This document shows positions 18,386 to 20,693 of a stretch of DNA of 20,693 bases, one piece after another. The DNA is from an uncultured archaeon. GTDB taxonomy: Archaea; Asgardarchaeota; Thorarchaeia; Thorarchaeales; Thorarchaeaceae. Position 1 is the first letter of the stretch, and each line of letters begins with the position of its first letter. Below the pieces are notes generated by a model. It was not told the DNA's origin. It saw only the letters and a program-made list of their open reading frames with translations, and ran no database searches. Made by a program: the position numbers and the translations under genes. Location of the stretch: positions 1-20,693 of the forward strand of contig CAZSWP010000052.1 of NCBI GenBank assembly GCA_964610875.1. The letters are read 5' to 3'.

Positions 18386-18491
18386 ACCTAAGACTTCAGA
18401 CTACTTCTGATTCTCTTGGCGGTGGGGCCGGGCGCGAGTCCGGAAGCTTCGCGTTCCGTGAAAGCACTGTGGAGTGCTGTCCGAAGCAATG

Positions 18492-18911
18492 CTATAGGAG
18501 ATAGTGACTCAGTAGTTCTGTTAGTAGCCCTGTAAGGGGCGGTAGCAGAAGTGTAATGACCAATTGGAGTAGCATACTGAAGTCCGTCGCCCAGTTTGGT
18601 GCAACCTCCAAGTTCTTGAGGGTCATGTTGTAGATCTCAATCGCCAGATTCCGCAACTGAATGCTCTGCGCTTCAATGCCGCAGTCCGACAGGTTCTCTA
18701 TGCGTTCCAACAACTCCTTTGTGAGCAGGAAACGTCTAGTGGTGGCTGCAGAAATCACACGCTTCCTCATTGTGTCAAATACTTGATGGAGTTCGTATTG
18801 GGGCCAGCCAAACATGACCAGGGCCACGAGAAAAGCAATGCCCCCAAGCATGTAGATGAGCCCCCCAGGTTGCACATTCCAGAATCTGAAGTAATGATTC
18901 TTTCCATAGTT
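18492..18911 (-). pseudogene. C-terminal fragment of a polytopic membrane protein
   Basis: Hydrophobic segments GGLIYMLGGIAFLVALVMFGWP and FSMLLQLVITLLLPPLTGLL, with F..PQ..LH and PNW..D patterns. The frame closes at TGA 18912-18914 inside the toxin remnant; no RBS. Confidence 0.55.
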
Positions 18912-18958
18912 TCAGATAATCGAGAAAGTCGCGAATTAATTGTTCCAATATCGATCAA
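18884..18958 (-). pseudogene. Truncated HEPN (DUF86/HepT-like) toxin, first ~25 codons
   Basis: TTGA start/stop overlap with the MNT gene. MIDIGTINSRLSRLSETMERI resembles the DUF86 first helix; the frame then runs into unrelated DNA with no Rx4H. Confidence 0.6.
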
Positions 18959-19395
18959 AGATGACCTGTCTCCCTGAGATGTTTGTGCATGTAATAGTAA
19001 TAGGTATCTAGCGCTGGCTTGAAATCGAGGTATCCAAAGAAGACACTCTTCTCGAATTGCATTCGTTTCACATCATCAATTGAAAAAAGAAGTAGACCGT
19101 CCGTTATGACCTTGAAAAGAAATTCAAGACTACCTTTATTGAGTATTCTCACATCTATTTCTATCCCTTCAATGATCTGTGATATTTCAAAGTTGAGGGT
19201 CATCAACAAATCAGCAGTAGTATCGAAAGGTTCTTTGAGATATATCCCAATGTCGAGGTCACTACTAGGATGTTGTTCATTCCTTGCATATGATCCAAAG
19301 ATGTATGTGAAGAGTACATTGTTTTCTCGTAGAAACGCTTCGATTTTCGTGAATTGTACCTCTGAAATTCCTTCTATCTCATCAGAAATCTGCAT
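18955..19395 (-). CDS. mntA: Minimal nucleotidyltransferase (MNT) antitoxin
   Basis: YIFGSYAR......SDLDIGI (GSx10DxD), EIDVRILN, VITDGLLLF, YLDF. RBS GAGGTGA at 19400-19406. Confidence 0.9.
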   Translation of the reverse strand: MQISDEIEGISEVQFTKIEAFLRENNVLFTYIFGSYARNEQHPSSDLDIGIYLKEPFDTTADLLMTLNFEISQIIEGIEIDVRILNKGSLEFLFKVITDGLLLFSIDDVKRMQFEKSVFFGYLDFKPALDTYYYYMHKHLRETGHL

Positions 19396-19564
19396 CCTGT
19401 CACCTCATATGTCCTATAGTGAAATATTTCATTTTTCAAAGATACTCTATTACTATTATCATTTATGTACATAATAAAGTTCCAGTCTGATGTCTGATCA
19501 TTGAGCTGTCCTACCTCAAATTAACCCTGAAATCACTAAGGTTCAGTGGGTTTTGCCACTCTTG

Positions 19565-20554
19565 TCATGCCTCTGTCGGAATATCCATACCACATCTCCA
19601 GCACTTGTCGGGCTCGATCCTAACTGAAACTTCAGTGTATTTTCCAAGAGCTGCTAGCTCCGCCACCTTTTGTGAGTCATCACCGTATTGTAGATACCAC
19701 TGTTCGAAGGTTCGGCTATGTCTACTATGACCTAACCTCTGTCGGATTGCAGGATCTGGCAGTTTGCCTGTTTTCTTCCAATAGGTCGATGCTGATTTCC
19801 TGAAGAGTGTTGGCCATACTCTCTTGCCCAGATGTTTTCCAATCTTTGACTGCGATAGAATCTTCCTTACAACATCTGGTGTTATTCTAGTTCCTGAAGA
19901 GGTCTGAAACAACGGTCCTCTCCTCTGATGCTGGACATAATAGGGCGTGAAGTACTTCAAACCAATCTCAGGTGTGATGAGTCTGATTTTCCGCTTCATC
20001 GTCTTGGAGTGTCTGATGTGTAGCATGAAACCGTTGTCATCTCTGGTCACATCTCCGTAGTCAATACCACAAATCTCACCAATCCTACACCCAGTATCCC
20101 ACATTATCGCAATCAAAGCCTTCCAGGCAGGAGTTCTTAGATGCTGAATCAGGGAAATCACATCCTCAGGAGTGAGTATGTCTGAATCAGTGATCTGTCG
20201 AGTGGGCGTTGCCTTCTTGAATTGTAGAACATCCCGAATCTCTCTATTTCTAGGGTCAAGATGGTTAAACTCACACCACCGACGAAGGACTGCCATCTCA
20301 GTATTGAACGTTGCAGGAGCCAACGTCTGTGCTCTTTCAGTCACAATTCTCTCAAGTTCTGTGAAATCAATACTGTCCAATTGGAGACCATACTTCCTGA
20401 ATAGGACATCTAACACCTGACCATATCTATCAAGAGTCTTAGGACTCATCGCCCTCTTTGAACGGCGTTTGCAGAAGTTCAAGATCGCCTGCATGACCTC
20501 TTGGGAAGATGCATTTGAAGTCAGGGAGTTGCTGCGGCCTTTCATACCGCGCAC
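19565..20554 (-). CDS. Tyrosine recombinase/integrase, archaeal type; C-terminal Zn ribbon apparently truncated
   Basis: N-terminal SAM-like region (SPKTLDRY). Catalytic boxes DTGCRIGE, SKT, PTLFRKS (T in place of the H of HxxR), LGH, WYLQY. Ends CWRCG..... with no second CxxC. Start is GTG 20554 or ATG 20545 (AGGAG at 20556-20560). Confidence 0.9.
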   Translation of the reverse strand: MRGMKGRSNSLTSNASSQEVMQAILNFCKRRSKRAMSPKTLDRYGQVLDVLFRKYGLQLDSIDFTELERIVTERAQTLAPATFNTEMAVLRRWCEFNHLDPRNREIRDVLQFKKATPTRQITDSDILTPEDVISLIQHLRTPAWKALIAIMWDTGCRIGEICGIDYGDVTRDDNGFMLHIRHSKTMKRKIRLITPEIGLKYFTPYYVQHQRRGPLFQTSSGTRITPDVVRKILSQSKIGKHLGKRVWPTLFRKSASTYWKKTGKLPDPAIRQRLGHSRHSRTFEQWYLQYGDDSQKVAELAALGKYTEVSVRIEPDKCWRCGMDIPTEA

Positions 20555-20647
20555 TCTCCTAACGGGATTTCACTATAATCATTCTGTTCATCCTCAAGTG
20601 CTTGTATCGCGTATATATTGCTCAAGATCAGGCCATCTCTTCATTGC

Positions 20648-20655
20648 TTATATAA
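20648..20655 (-). promoter_or_regulatory. Candidate TATA box upstream of the integrase
   Basis: TTATATAA about 95 nt upstream of the start. Confidence 0.35.
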
Positions 20656-20693
20656 TGTCGTTCATCTAGGTGGCAAAAGGGTTGGTTACCTTC

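Larger units (their letters stand above)
2381..20554. mobile_element. Integrase-associated defence island / decayed integrated element (boundaries not defined)
   Basis: Integrase at one end, dense defence genes, several truncated genes, compositional mosaicism, no housekeeping genes. No att duplication found in the window. Confidence 0.55.

Noticed and set aside
18417-18495. Possible tRNA-Sec or HDV-like ribozyme on the minus strand
   Set aside because: There is no canonical T-loop, anticodon arm or 5' acceptor strand, and no P1 partner for an HDV fold. Kept only as an unexplained structured patch.
12889-19395. Integron-like cassette array driven by the integrase
   Set aside because: Genes are in mixed orientations and no recurring attC-like repeat separates them.
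16740-19525. TACCTCAAACTAAC (16740) and TACCTCAAATTAAC (19512), plus TACCTCAAA at 2878
   Set aside because: A short AT-rich match of a kind expected by chance among intergenic regions; no dyad structure or consistent position relative to genes.
12657-20669. Short opposite-strand or nested ORFs (e.g. 14132-14374, 17888-18262, 19019-19474, 20172-20420)
   Set aside because: Mirror frames of supported genes; no independent evidence.
1-20693. CRISPR array, rRNA, intact tRNA or IS transposase
   Set aside because: No regularly spaced repeats, RNA-gene signatures or transposase motifs were seen.

Overview
This is an accessory defence island with archaeal-type signals (TATA-like boxes, GGAGGT/GAGGTGA RBSs); I cannot determine the lineage from the sequence. 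From left to right it holds: (i) a minus-strand operon of a DHH/DHHA1 phosphoesterase plus two unknown genes, the last running off the window; (ii) about 950 bp of relics, including a stop-interrupted wHTH-like ORF with iteron-like repeats and the first 26 codons of a type I R-M HsdM; (iii) an intact four-gene 'restriction-like'/BREX-related module (DUF499 ATPase, small DUF3780-like protein, DUF1156 adenine methylase, SNF2 helicase-DUF3883 nuclease), whose methylase is markedly more AT-rich than its partners and probably starts at CTG; (iv) a divergently transcribed atypical radical SAM gene; (v) a HEPN protein, a chimeric pseudogene and two PD-(D/E)XK nucleases; (vi) a 5'-truncated BON gene, a membrane-protein fragment, an MNT antitoxin whose HEPN toxin is truncated, and a tyrosine integrase cut in its C-terminal Zn ribbon. 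At least five apparent mid-gene breakpoints suggest a heavily reshuffled integrase-associated island. No rRNA, intact tRNA or CRISPR array was seen. All family calls come from motifs read by eye, not from database searches.
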